A DNA stretch of 64,000 bases from an uncultured Gemmatimonadaceae bacterium. Its GTDB lineage: Bacteria > Gemmatimonadota > Gemmatimonadetes > Gemmatimonadales > Gemmatimonadaceae. Positions 1-10,828 of the stretch are shown piece by piece. The translations under genes and the position numbers were made by a program. Position 1 is the stretch's first letter, and each line of letters opens with the position of its first letter. The notes under the pieces were generated by a model. That model made no database searches. It was not told the origin of the DNA and was given only the letters and a program-made list of their open reading frames with translations. The DNA is taken from NCBI GenBank assembly GCA_963790305.1, contig CAWBOC010000009.1, forward strand, positions 96,001 through 160,000. Direction: 5' to 3'.

Positions 1-908
1 GCGGCCCGTCCGTCATCGTCGACCGGCCACGCGTGGGCGAGCGCGTGCGGCTCGGCGCCCTGCACGATCGGAAGTGCCGCACGAGGCACGATGAGCCGAA
101 CGAGTCCGATACCGCTTCGCATGGCCGCACGTGCAGCAAGCACCGCGGCCCCCGTCATGCCTCCACCGCCGCCGACGATCGCGAGACGCCCGCGAACGCC
201 CTTGTGCGCGTCGGCGGCGATCACGGGAACCGCGTCGCGCACCCAGTGCTCGCGGACCAGCTCCGGCAACCCCTCGGCGCCCTCGCCAAGCCCAATGTCG
301 AGCACGACGATCGTCCCGGTGTGCGCGCGTGCGGCGAGGAGTCCTCGCTTGACGGCCGCGAGGGTCAGCGTGAGATCGGCGTGGACGGCGACAGTGGCTT
401 CGCCGGTATCGGCATCGACTCCGCTGGGCACGTCGAGCGCGACGATGGTGGCGCCTCGTTCGCGACCACGGGCCAGCTCTTCGATGGCAGCCGCAACATC
501 ACCGCGGGGAGCACCGCGCGATCCTGTGCCGAGCAGGGCGTCGACGAGGATGCGTTCACGTCCCGTCGCCTCTTCCGCGACGATCCCGCCCGCGAGGGCG
601 CGCTCGGCCTGGGCGTCTTCAGTTTTGGAGCGCGCCGCTTCGGTGATCGCGACGCGAATCCCTGCGGTCGCGAGAGCCCGCGCCAGCACCCATCCGTCGC
701 CGCCGTTGTTCCCCGCCCCGGTGAAGATCTGCACACCTTCGCCGAGAAGGTGGGGGAGTCGCCGTACGATCTCCGTGGCCGCTGCGGCGCCGGCACGCTG
801 CATCAACGCTCGCGATGGAATCCCCGAAGCCGCGGCATCACTGTCGAGCGCGGCAGCATCCGCGGCGCGGAGTACGCGGGCTGCCCGGAGGGCACCCCCG
901 TGTGTCAC
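1..908 (-). CDS. nnr: Bifunctional NAD(P)H-hydrate epimerase/dehydratase (YjeF/Nnr), 3' end truncated by window edge
   Basis: Not in the ORF track (no stop in window). Manual minus-strand translation from GTG 908 gives LMQRAG, GAGNNGGDG, VDALLGTG, ALDVPSG, HKGVRG and AAMRSGIGLV motifs. Start overlaps the amrB stop (GTGA). Confidence 0.9.
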   Translation of the reverse strand, partial: MTHGGALRAARVLRAADAAALDSDAAASGIPSRALMQRAGAAAATEIVRRLPHLLGEGVQIFTGAGNNGGDGWVLARALATAGIRVAITEAARSKTEDAQAERALAGGIVAEEATGRERILVDALLGTGSRGAPRGDVAAAIEELARGRERGATIVALDVPSGVDADTGEATVAVHADLTLTLAAVKRGLLAARAHTGTIVVLDIGLGEGAEGLPELVREHWVRDAVPVIAADAHKGVRGRLAIVGGGGGMTGAAVLAARAAMRSGIGLVRLIVPRAALPIVQGAEPHALAHAWPVDDDGRA

Positions 909-1735
909 GTCCCGATGAGCGCCGCCGCGTATCCGACGACGCGGTCGTGATTGCCGTTGATGAGACCGGAGTGCGAATACCCGACGACTTCAGCGCGCGT
1001 GTGACCCGCGCGTCGCGCGACTTCGAGGGCGCACGCGACCGGCACGCGGCCGCACATCGAGATGTGGCGAGCTCGCGTGACTTCGAGTAACCCCTCGCCA
1101 TCGAGGGCGACGATCCGCTCGAGCGCTGCTGCATCCTTGTCGGTCGACGCAGCCGCCGGCTCGTAGTGATTCATGTCGCTGCTCGCGACGAGGAGCACAT
1201 CGTCCCGCCCACTGATCAGGTCGTGGATCACGTGAGCGAGCCGGCGTGTTCGCTCCCAGTCGTCCCAGCCGAGCACGAGGGGCACGACGCGCACCGCTTG
1301 ATTGCGCATCTGGAGAAACGGCAGCAACACCTCCACGCCATGCTCCTCGGCGTGCGCGAGCGGATCCTCGATCAGGAGCGGGTGAGCCCGCTTCTGAAGC
1401 TCGGCCCCCAGCTCGACATCGGGCTCGATGTTCCCGAGCGGCGTGCGATAGGCCGTGTCGATGAGCAGGCTTCCACCCTGCCGGGTGCGACCCCTGCCGG
1501 TATGGTTAGGCGCCAGGATGAGGCACGTCGCGGGCACTTCCACGGCGGCGAATGCCGCGCCGGCGGTCGCGCCCGAGTACATGTAGCCACCGTGAGGCAC
1601 GAGAATCCCCAGCGCGCGTTTCGGCGGTGCCGTTCCCTGATCCAGAAAGCCCCGAATGTCGGCGCGAAGCCGACCGGGCAACGCCGGGTAAAACGTGCCG
1701 GACACGGCAGGCGTGCGCGACGGCAATACGATCAT
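905..1735 (-). CDS. amrB: AmmeMemoRadiSam system protein B (MEMO1 family)
   Basis: PAVSGTFYP, PHGGYMYSG, PNHTG, EHGVEV, SSDMNHY, SMCG, VVGYAA motifs. Confidence 0.9.
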   Translation of the reverse strand: MIVLPSRTPAVSGTFYPALPGRLRADIRGFLDQGTAPPKRALGILVPHGGYMYSGATAGAAFAAVEVPATCLILAPNHTGRGRTRQGGSLLIDTAYRTPLGNIEPDVELGAELQKRAHPLLIEDPLAHAEEHGVEVLLPFLQMRNQAVRVVPLVLGWDDWERTRRLAHVIHDLISGRDDVLLVASSDMNHYEPAAASTDKDAAALERIVALDGEGLLEVTRARHISMCGRVPVACALEVARRAGHTRAEVVGYSHSGLINGNHDRVVGYAAALIGT

Positions 1736-1763
1736 GCGGCGCGCCCGGGTGGAGATGAACGAT

Positions 1764-1787
1764 GCGGCGACCCGGGAGGGTCGCCGC
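1764..1787 (-). terminator. GC-rich stem-loop between zinc-ribbon gene and amrB (weak terminator or processing site)
   Basis: GCGGCGACCC-ggga-GGGTCGCCGC 10-bp perfect stem; no clear U-tract. Confidence 0.35.
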
Positions 1788-1810
1788 TCACATGCACACC
1801 CACCGCACCG

Positions 1811-2005
1811 TCACTTGTGTGAGTGGGCGATGACTCGGCCAAAGCTGATTTCACCGTTGTCGATCCGGAGATTGAACCCGCAGTCCGGGTTGCTGCACGC
1901 CCATGCCTTGTAGGTGATTGGCGCGCCGTCGCGACCGTAGTCGCTGAGTGGAAGCAAGGTGCCGTCGGTACACTTCCGGCATTTCGGCAGCTCCTTCACG
2001 TCCAT
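1811..2005 (-). CDS. Small zinc-ribbon protein (64 aa), unknown function
   Basis: CRKC...CSNPDC cysteine pairs; strong RBS (GAGGAGGGGAG) upstream. Confidence 0.8.
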   Translation of the reverse strand: MDVKELPKCRKCTDGTLLPLSDYGRDGAPITYKAWACSNPDCGFNLRIDNGEISFGRVIAHSHK

Positions 2006-2038
2006 GCTCCCCTCCTCACCCGTTGTCCGCTTACGTGA

Positions 2039-2425
2039 TCACACCGCCGGGACGCTGCCCCATGGATGGTGCTGTTCGAACGCCTCGTCGAACTGAAAGA
2101 CGCCGACGAAGTCATCGCGCGTATCGGTTGGTTGGCTGATCAGAAGGCCGAGGTCGACCAGCGTGAAGACAATGTCACCGAGGTCGGCCGTGGTGCGGAC
2201 CGACCAGTGGTCCAGGACCACCGGCGCCATCACGCCGTACCGCTCCAGCGCGAGATCGCGGCATGCTTCGACGAGCTCGCGACCGGAGATGTGCCGGCGC
2301 TCGGGAAGCCGTAGCTGCGAATACTCGAGGGCCGCGAGCACGAACAGGTATGCGCGCTCGTGGAAGCGCGGATCCCGCGCGCGAATTCGGTCCATGATCC
2401 CCTCTCGAAAGGCCAACTCCGCCAC
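2039..2425 (-). CDS. Minf_1886-family protein
   Basis: DPRFHERAYLFV, RHISGREL, TTADLGDIVFTLV, DTRDDF motifs typical of this family. Confidence 0.75.
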   Translation of the reverse strand: MAELAFREGIMDRIRARDPRFHERAYLFVLAALEYSQLRLPERRHISGRELVEACRDLALERYGVMAPVVLDHWSVRTTADLGDIVFTLVDLGLLISQPTDTRDDFVGVFQFDEAFEQHHPWGSVPAV

Positions 2426-2511
2426 GTCCTACTCCTCGCGTGAAACGAGCCTGCGGTCATCTCCGAGTTCCGGGCTAAGATGACGAGCGGCCCCGAATCG
2501 CACAAGGAAGG

Positions 2512-2910
2512 TCACAGGCGCAACACCCGGTCGGGCGGGGTTGCTGCCTTACGCAACGTGATGCGAAGCAGCCCGCGCTCGTACCGGGCGCGCGTCTCGT
2601 CGGCGACGACCGGGCCGGGGAGCGACACCGCCCGTTGAAACGGGCCGATACGGACCTCGCCCAGGTGATAGCGCCGCTTGCCTTGCGAGTGCTCGGGGCG
2701 CGAGCCGCTGATCGTGAGCGTCCTGCCTTCGACCGCGATGTCGAAGGCCCGATCGTCAGCGCCGGCCACATCCATGACGACGATGTACTCGTCGTGCGTC
2801 TCCATCACGTCGACGAGGGGAGAGAATGGCGCAGCGGGGAGAAACCCGATCTGCGCGTCGTTCGGCCGCGTGCCGCCGGAGGTCGGGGTCGTGCGGCGTC
2901 GTGGCGTCAC
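2512..2910 (-). CDS. Hsp20/alpha-crystallin small heat-shock protein
   Basis: [39 protein letters not shown]. The ORF track fuses it to glyA through a frameshift; its own GTG at 2910 overlaps the glyA TGA. Confidence 0.85.
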   Translation of the reverse strand: MTPRRRTTPTSGGTRPNDAQIGFLPAAPFSPLVDVMETHDEYIVVMDVAGADDRAFDIAVEGRTLTISGSRPEHSQGKRRYHLGEVRIGPFQRAVSLPGPVVADETRARYERGLLRITLRKAATPPDRVLRL

Positions 2911-4200
2911 CGGGCGGGCATCCCCGCGACAGCACGATACAACGGGAAGCCAGCGGCCAGCTCGCGCACACGCCGCTTCGCGCGCTCGGCGACGCTGGCA
3001 TCGGTTGGTGCGCGCAGCACCTCGTCGATCAGCGTAGCAATCGTGCGCATTTCCCCCTCGCCCATTCCGCGCGTGGTGACCGCCGGAGTTCCGATGCGGA
3101 TCCCGCTCGTAACGAATGGCGACTGCGTCTCCCCGGGGACCGTGTTCTTGTTCACGGTGATGTGCGCTTCGCCGAGCGCGCGCTCGGCGTCCTTCCCCGT
3201 CAACCCGCGGTTGCGCAGGTCCACCAGCATGAGAATGGTTGTCGGTCCCATCCGACACGAGCTTGAAGCCACGCTCCATCAGCGCTCCCGCGAGCGCTCG
3301 AGCATTCCCGACCACGCGACGCGCATACTCGGTGAAAGACGGCTCCATCGCCTCACGAAGCGCCACGGCTTTCGCCGCTATCACGTGCATCAGCGGGCCG
3401 CCCTGAATCCCGGGGAATATTTGCTTGTCGATCGCCTTCCCATGCTCCGCGCGGCACAGGATGAGGCCGCCGCGTGGACCGCGTAACGTCTTGTGCGTCG
3501 TCGTGGTCACGGCATCCGCGTGCGGCACCGGAGACGGGTGAAGGCCGGTCGCGACCAGACCGGCAATGTGGGCCATGTCGACCATGAGCTTGGCGCCGAC
3601 GGTGCGGGCGATCTCGCCGAACGCCGCGAAGTCGATCGTGCGGGCGTATGCGCTCGCGCCGGCAACGATCATCGCGGGGCGATGCTGCCGCGCGAGGTCA
3701 CGAAGCGCATCGTAATCGATATGGCCGGTATCTTCGCGCACGCCGTACGGCACGACGCGAAAGAATCGCCCGGAGAAGTTCACCGGAGACCCGTGCGTCA
3801 GGTGGCCGCCGTGCGAGAGGTTCATACCGAGGATGGTCGCGCCGGGATCGAGGAACGCGAAATAGACCGCCATGTTCGCCTGCGCACCGGAGTGCGCTTG
3901 CACGTTGGCGTGATCGGCCCCGAAGAGCTTCTTGGCGCGGTCGATCGCCAGCTGCTCGGCGACGTCGACGAATTCGCACCCGCCATAGTACCGCTTTCCC
4001 GGGTAGCCTTCGGCGTACTTGTTGGTCAACGGCGTGCCCATCGCCGCGAGCACGGCCGGGGAGACGAAGTTCTCACTGGCGATGAGCTCGATCCCCTCTT
4101 CCTGGCGGCGCGTCTCGGCGAGCACGGCCTCGGCGATCTCGGGATCGGCGGCGCGCAAGGCATCGAGATCGGCATCCCACGTCCAGTCCGTACCACTCAT
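2907..4200 (-). CDS. glyA: Serine hydroxymethyltransferase (frameshift near 3230, probable sequencing error)
   Basis: [37 protein letters not shown]-terminal ITVNKN...SGIRIGTPA continues in ORF 2907..3272. Confidence 0.95.
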
Positions 4201-4664
4201 CGGGCGTCTCCGTGTACCTCGATCTTGTCGACACGTCGCGCGTGGCGGCCTCCTTCGAACGACGTGTCGAGAAACCGCTTCACGATGTCCATCGCCTGAT
4301 CCTCGGTGAGGAACCGGGCGGGCAGCACCAGCATGTTCGCGTCGTTATGCTTGCGCGACAGCTCGGCGATCTCCGGTGACCATACCACCGGTGCTCGCAC
4401 GTTCGGATACCGGTTCGCGACGTACGACATGCCGAGCCCCGTTCCGCAGAGAAGGATGCCCCGCTCCGGCTTCGCCGCGCGAGACGCGCTGCGCGAGCGG
4501 ATGCGCCTAGTCGGGATAGTCGGTGGCGGCGGCGCTATCGGTGCCGAGATCCTCGACGTCATAGCCCGAGCGAGCGCAGACACCGGAACGAGGCGCTGCT
4601 TGAGCTCGTAGCCCGCGTGGTCACTGGCGATCGGAATCTTCTTAGGCGCCACGATGGTCCTCAT
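4197..4664 (-). CDS. rpiB: Ribose-5-phosphate isomerase B (compensating indels and an apparent TAG near 4507)
   Basis: [43 protein letters not shown]. Confidence 0.9.
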   Translation of the reverse strand: MRTIVAPKKIPIASDHAGYELKQRLVPVSALARAMTSRISAPIAPPPPTIPTRRIRSRSASRAAKPERGILLCGTGLGMSYVANRYPNVRAPVVWSPEIAELSRKHNDANMLVLPARFLTEDQAMDIVKRFLDTSFEGGRHARRVDKIEVHGDAR

Positions 4665-4683
4665 GGTGACAGACTGCAGAGTC

Positions 4684-4772
4684 AGGTGATCGAGGTGGGC
4701 GAGGATGTCGAAGGTGATCGAGGCGCTGACGCTCACCTGGATCACCTCGATATCCTCGACTACCTCGACACC
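4684..4772. repeat. Palindromic tandem-repeat element, 9-bp unit (AGGTGATCG / CGATCACCT family)
   Basis: 4-5 imperfect 9-mers, short loop, 4 inverted 9-mers; starts right after the Leu-DH stop. Confidence 0.85.
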
Positions 4773-5848
4773 CTATTTGTTAGGCCACTGGGGCCATGTT
4801 TTCACTAGCGATCCGACCGCCTGAACACGCCGCTCAGCGAGTCGATCGGCAGCGTGGTACGACGGGATCGCGTCCTGCTTCGCGATCTCGAACACGGAAA
4901 GCACCGTCTCGTAGATCTCGTCGGCCTTGCGCAGCGAGCGCGCCGAGCTCCCACCCGGCAATCTCGCTGTACACGTTGATGACTCCACCCGCATTCGCCA
5001 CGTAGTCGGGAGCGTAGAGGATTTCCGCGCTCCTCGAGCGCATCCCCGTGCCGGTCCTCGAGAAGCTGGTTGTTCGCGGCGCCGGCCACGATCTCCACCC
5101 GAAGCTGCGGCATCGTCTTGTCGTTGATGATGCCGCCCAACGCGCACGGGCGCAAAGATGTCGGCTTCGACGCAATAGATGTCGTCGGGCTTGACCGGCC
5201 GTCGCACCGAAGTCGGTAACGACGCGCTTGACCCGTTCGGCGTCGATGTCGGTGACGATGAGCTTCGCGCCGGCGGTGTTGCAGCTCCTGCGCAAGGTAG
5301 TAGCCGACGTGCCCACACCCTGAATCGCGACGGCGCGGTCGCTGAGGTCGTCGTCGTCCCAGCGCCATTTCGCGGACGCCTGAATCGCGCGGAACACGCC
5401 GCGCGCAGTCACGGGCGACGGATCGCCGGAGCGATCGGTGAGCCCGGTGACATAGTCGGTCTCCATGTGGACGAAGTCCATGTCGGCGGTGCTGGTGCCG
5501 ACATCCTCGGCCGTGACGTACCGGCCGCCGAGACTCTCGACGAATCGGCCGTGCGCGCGAAAGAGCATCTCTCGGCCGAGCGTCTTGTTGTCGCCGATGA
5601 TGACCGCTTTGCCGCCCGCCGAGGTTGAGTCCGGCGACGGCATTCTTGTAGGTCATTCCGCGCGACAGTCGCAGCGCATCGACGATGGCTTCCTCGTCGC
5701 TCGCGTACTTCCAGAAGCGCGTACCGCCGAGCGCGGGCCCGAGCGTGGTGCTGTGAATCGCGATCACTCCGCGGTAGCCGGCGGAATCATCATGGCAGAG
5801 CACGACCTGCTCGTGCCCCATGGAGGCGATCGTGTCGAAGAGCTTCAC
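4773..5848 (-). CDS. ldh: Leucine dehydrogenase (Glu/Leu/Phe/Val dehydrogenase), several frameshifts
   Basis: [46 protein letters not shown] distributed over three frames. Confidence 0.9.
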
Positions 5849-5872
5849 GTGCCGGAGTGGTTAGGTGAACGT

Positions 5873-5957
5873 CGAATGCGGAATTGCGGAATGCGGAGTT
5901 GAAACTCGCGCACAGAATCGTGTTTTCAGTCGTTCCGCATGCCGTATTCCGCATTCG
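5873..5957. repeat. Palindromic tandem-repeat element, 7-bp unit GAATGCG
   Basis: CGAATGCGGAATTGCGGAATGCGG ... TTCCGCATGCCGTATTCCGCATTCG. Confidence 0.8.
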
Positions 5958-5961
5958 GCCT

Positions 5962-7129
5962 TTATTTCGCATACAACTGTCTCGCAATGACAATCCGCTG
6001 GATCTCGGATGTCCCTTCATAGATCTCCGTCACCTTCGCATCGCGGAAGAGGCGCTCGACCGGATACTCCTTCATGTACCCGTAGCCGCCGAAGATCTGG
6101 ATCGCTTCCGTCGTCACCCACATGGCGGTTTCGCTCGCGAACAGCTTGCTCATCGAGCTGAACTGGGTGATCGGCTCGCCACGGTCCTTCGCCGACGCGG
6201 CGGAGTAGAGCAACGCTCGGGCCGCGGTAATGCGCGTCGCCATGTTCGCGAGCTTGAACTGGATCGCCTCGAACTCCTTGATCGGATGTCCGAACTGGCG
6301 ACGCTCCGCCGCGTAGCGCACCGAGTACTCGAGCGCCGCGCGCGCGATGCCGACTGCCTGCGCCGCCACTCCCAGTCGGCCGTTGTCCAGCGACTGCATC
6401 GCGTAGACGAACCCCTTCCCCTCGCTGGCCGAGCAGCTGGTCCGCCGGGACGCGCATGTCGATCGAAGCTGAGCTGGACCGTCGGCGACGCGCGCAGCCC
6501 GAGCTTGTCTCTCCTTCTTGCCGACGCGAAATCCCTCGAGGTCGGGGGTGACGATGAACGCGCTGATGCCGCGAGCGCCGCGGCGCTCTCCCGGGCCGGT
6601 CGGTTCGCGCCATGGCGAGGATGACGCCGGCCTGGTTGCCGCTCGTGACCCACGCCTTCGTCCCGTTGAGGATCCAGGCATCTCCGTCGCGGACCGCCTG
6701 CGTCGTCATCGCTGCCGCATCCGATCCCGCTTCCGGCTCCGAGAGAGCGAAGGCACCGAGCCACTCGCCACGCGCCATGGGCGGCAGAACCGCTGCGCGC
6801 TGCGCCTCGGAGCCGTAGCGCAGGATCATCTGCGTCGGCAGCGAGTTGTGGACACTCATCGCCACGGCGACCGAGGCATCCACGGCCGCGATCTCCTCGA
6901 GCGCTACCAGATACGTCACCGTGTCGAAGCCCCAAGCCCGTCGTACTGCTCCGGCACCATCATGCCGAGGAACCCGAGCTCGGCGAGCTTGCCGATGATG
7001 GCGGGATCCATCGCCGCCTCGCGATCCCACTTCGTCGGCGTGCGGCGCGATCTCCGAACGCGCGAAGTCCCGCGCGAGCTGCTGAATCTCCTTCTGCTGT
7101 TCAGTGAGAGGGATGAGCGCCCAGGACAT
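5962..7129 (-). CDS. Acyl-CoA dehydrogenase (frameshifted)
   Basis: GAFALSEPEAGSDA, LNGTKAWVT, GRLGVAAQAVG, RQFGHPI, GGYGYMKEYPVER, IYEGTSEIQR. Confidence 0.92.
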
Positions 7130-7138
7130 CGCGGTGGC

Positions 7139-7989
7139 TCAGTAGGTGTAGAAACCGCGACCGGACTTCCGACCGAGCCAGCCGGCGGCGACGTACTTCT
7201 TCAGCAGCGGACAGGCCCTGTACTTGGGATCGCCCAGTCCGTCCTGCAAGACCTCGAGAATCGCGACGCAGGTATCGAGTCCGATCAGATCGGCGAGGGC
7301 GAGCGGCCCCATCGGATGGTTCATCCCGAGCGTCATCACCTTGTCGATCGCCTCGGGCGTTCCTACACCCTCCATCACGCAGTAGGCCGCCTCGTTGATC
7401 ATCGGCATGAGGACGCGGTTCGAGACGAAGCCGGGCGAGTCGTTCACCTCCACCGCGATTTTCCCCAGCTGCTTGCGCGTACGCCATCACGGTCGCCGTC
7501 GTCTCGTCGCTGGTCGCCAGACCGCGAATGATCTCGACCAGCCGCATGACCGGCACGGGATTCATGAAGTGCATGCCGATCACGCGGTCCGGCCGCTTCG
7601 TGCGGCCGGCAATCTCGGTGATCGAGATCGAGCTGGTGTTCGTGGCGAGAATGGTCTCCGGGGGCGCGATCGCGTCGAGATCGGCGAACAGCTTGAACTT
7701 GAGCTCGGCATTCTCGCTCGCGGCCTCGACGACGAGCGTCGCTTCGCGTCGCGACACTGAGATCCTCGCCCACCGCAGAGGCGCTGCAGTGCCCCGTCCC
7801 GCTTCTCGGCGTCGAGCTGCCCCTTTTCCAGAAACCGCGCGAGGCTCTTCTCGATCGAGCCACGCGCCCGCGCCACAGCGTCGCCCGATACATCGACCAT
7901 CGTCACTGGGATGCTCCGCCATGGCAAATACCTGAGCAATGCCGGCTTCCCATCTGCCCCGCCCCAATGACGACGACGCGTTCCTTCAT
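7139..7989 (-). CDS. hbd: 3-hydroxybutyryl-CoA dehydrogenase (frameshifted)
   Basis: [52 protein letters not shown]. Confidence 0.9.
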
Positions 7990-8877
7990 GCGGCTTCTCC
8001 GTCGTCGCGGCGCCGGCGGCGGAGCAGAAGTACTGCCGCGACGAGCATCCCGGCAATTGCGCCGGCGCCTCCTTCCGGACCCCACGCGCCCCCCGTCGCC
8101 CAGTCGGGGCCGCCATCGATGACACGGTAGTCGCCCACCGGCATATCCTGCCCGCTCAACGCCGTATGCAGGAAGACCGCGAGCGTGAGGTTCCAGGCGA
8201 AGTGCGCCGCGGTCGCGGCCCACAGGCTCCGTATCCGGTACACGACGGCACCGAGGAAAATGCCGGCAATCGTCACCAGAACGATCGCGCTCAGCGCCGC
8301 GTTGGGATTGAACGCGTGCAGCAGTCCGAACACGACGCTGGTGAGGACGATCGCCCCCGGCCAGCCTAACGTCTCGCGAAGGACGGCCAGCGGGTAGCCA
8401 CGAATCATGAGCTCCTCCGTCAGCGCCGCCGGCAGGAGCATCATCGTCGTCGCCAGCGCGCCGGTGTGCCAGACACCCGGTGCATCGGCCACGTCGAGCC
8501 ACCCCACGGCCGATGAGAATGATCGACGGAACGCCAATGGCGAGCGCCCCAATCAGAAATCCCGCCGCCAGCAATCGCGGGCCCGCTGCGCGTCGGTCCA
8601 GCCAGACGAAGTCCCATCCTCGGTGCTCGATGAACCGCAGGACGAAGGCGTGCGCTCCTAGAAGAGCCAGCACACTTCCCCAGTAGGTGAGGATGACGTC
8701 CAGCCCAACGACATCCGCAGGGGAAAGAACCTCGGCGCGCTCTGACGATGGTACGAGAAGCCCGACGAGTCCGAAGGCAAGCACCGCGAGAACGACCGCG
8801 ACGAGCCCGAACACGAGCAATCGCCACGGCGCGCGGAGTCTGCCGTCTGCCGAACGCAGCACCGCGCGCGCCGTCAA
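7986..8877 (-). CDS. CPBP (Abi/CAAX-type) intramembrane glutamic protease (frameshift near 8510)
   Basis: EELMIRGY, FGLLH, AHFAWN motifs; multiple TM segments. Confidence 0.85.
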
Positions 8878-9422
8878 GCGGTCGCGCGCGGTGTCTTCGG
8901 TGAGAGCGCGGCGGCGGCGAGCACTTTCAGTAGATCGAGCGGGACGAACGGCGTTGCTCCCAGCGCAATCGCCCGTTCCGCGCTTCCGGTAAGCGCGAGC
9001 AGCTGGAGAAATCCGCCGACGTGAATCACCGCGATGCCCGCGGCGGCCGCGGCAACACGAAAGGCGAAATCACGACGCTTCGTGACGACGAGCCCGGCAA
9101 CGAACGCGGCCACCGGGTACGCCCAGAGGTAGCCTCCGGTGGGACCGAGAAGGCGTGCGAAGCCGGGCGCCCCCATCGGCGCGAACACGGGGAGGCCCGC
9201 CATCCCTGCGGCGAGGTAGAGCGCCATGCTCGTGGCTCCAGCGATGGGCCCGAGCCACAACCCGGCGAGCACCACGACCAGCGGCTGCAGCGTCATCGGA
9301 ACCGGTGTGCCCGGTATCGGGATCGCCACCTGCGACGCCGCCGCCAGGGCGACAGCGAACCCAGCCACGCCAAGGGCCGTCGTGCGCGTGTCGCGCAGGA
9401 GGAACGTCGTGCTCGTGCCCAT
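8874..9422 (-). CDS. bioY: Biotin transporter BioY
   Basis: PVPMTLQ, GLPVFA, GPTGGYL motifs. Confidence 0.9.
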   Translation of the reverse strand: MGTSTTFLLRDTRTTALGVAGFAVALAAASQVAIPIPGTPVPMTLQPLVVVLAGLWLGPIAGATSMALYLAAGMAGLPVFAPMGAPGFARLLGPTGGYLWAYPVAAFVAGLVVTKRRDFAFRVAAAAAGIAVIHVGGFLQLLALTGSAERAIALGATPFVPLDLLKVLAAAALSPKTPRATA

Positions 9423-10634
9423 TAGTTCATGCGCTCCACGCTGAGGGCGACCGCGTCTCCGCCACCGAGGCAGAGCGTGGCGAGCCCGGTTTCCTCGTCT
9501 CGATCACGCATCGCGTACAACAGCGTCGTGAGCACGCGCGCGCCGCTCGCTCCGATTGGATGGCCAAGCGCGATGGCACCGCCATGCACGTTGACACGGT
9601 CCCAATCCCATCCGAGCGCCGTCCCATCGGCGATCGCTTGTACGGCAAAGGCTTCGTTCGCCTCGATGAGATCGTAATCCCCGATCTTCGTTCCGGCGCG
9701 GCTCATGAGGCGCTTCACGGCCTCGATCGGCGCGAAGAAGAGATCGCGCGGCTCCACCGCACCGGTCGCATACGCGTTGATGCGTGCCAACATCGTGAGG
9801 CCATGCGCGCGCGCATACTCTTCCGATGTCACCACCAGCGCCGAGGCGCCGTCGTTCATCGGCAATGCATTGCCGGCGGTCACCGTGAGCTCCTCGGGAC
9901 GCGCGCCGTTGCTCGCGAACGCCGGCCGCAGCTTGCCGAGCGAATCCAGGCTGGTGTCGCGCCGCGGACCTTCGTCGGTGTCCACGGCCGTGGGACCTTT
10001 CTTCCCGGGAATCTGCACCGGGACGATCTCTTCACGGAATTTTCCCGCGTCGATCGCCGCAACCGCCTTTTCGTGCGAGCGGACCGCAAACTCATCCTGC
10101 ATCTGTCCGGGAGACGCTCGCCTTCTTTGCCGTATACTCGGCGTGCCCCCCCATGTGGACGTCGCAGAAGGAGCACCAGAGTCCGTCGCGAATGACGCCG
10201 TCGACCAGCGTTTGATCGCCGAATTTGACGCCCGAGCGCAACCCATAGAGGTAATGAGGCGCATTGGACATCGACTCCTGTCCGCCCGCCACGATCACCT
10301 GCGCGTCGCCCGCCTTGATCGCCTGCGCCGCCAGCATCACCGCCTTGAGCCCGGACCCGCACACCTTGTTGATCGTGAGCGCAGACACCGTGGCGGGAAG
10401 GCCGCTGCGAATCGCGGCCTGACGTGCAGGGGCCTGGCCCACACCACCCTGTACCACGTTCCCCATGATCACTTCCTGCACGTCCTCGGCCCCAATGCGC
10501 GCGCGCTTGACGGCCTCGCGTATGGCGGTGGCGCCGAGGTCGGGGGCGCTGACCGATGCCAGCGCGCCGAGGTAGCGGCCAATGGGCGTGCGGGTGGCAG
10601 AGATGATTACCGGAGTGCGGCTGGGATCAGGCAT
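9422..10634 (-). CDS. Acetyl-CoA C-acetyltransferase (thiolase), frameshift near 10105
   Basis: [32 protein letters not shown]. Confidence 0.93.
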
Positions 10635-10683
10635 GGAAAAAAATCTAAACGGCTGCGAGTTCGAGATGTCAGGGCGACGGCAG

Positions 10684-10826
10684 GAGCACCTTCCGAAGAC
10701 GTCAGAGGTCAGACATCAGATGTCAGTTGTCAGATAACCTACGGGGAGCCGGCTTGCGGCTCCCCGTAATGGTTTTCTGAACACTGAGACCTGACGTCTG
10801 GCCCCTGACGTCGTCGGAAGTTGCTC
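10684..10826. repeat. Palindromic tandem-repeat element, 7-bp TCAGAnn units, central hairpin ACGGGGAGCCG/CGGCTCCCCGT
   Basis: GTCAGAG GTCAGAC ATCAGAT GTCAGTT GTCAGA arm, inverted arm TCTGAAC ACTGAGA CCTGACG TCTGGCC CCTGAC; outer GAGCA..TTCCGA / TCGGAA..TGCTC. Confidence 0.85.
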
Positions 10827-10828
10827 TT

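Noticed and set aside
2512..4200. Apparent GlyA-Hsp20 fusion protein (562-aa ORF)
   Set aside because: Artefact of the glyA frameshift. The true GlyA C-terminus is in another frame ending at 2907, and Hsp20 has its own GTG at 2910.
4507..4509. In-frame TAG in rpiB (DYPD*AHP) as stop-codon recoding
   Set aside because: It falls on the conserved DYPD(Y/F)A position in an error-rich segment. TAG is used as a normal stop elsewhere in the window, and no pyl genes are present.
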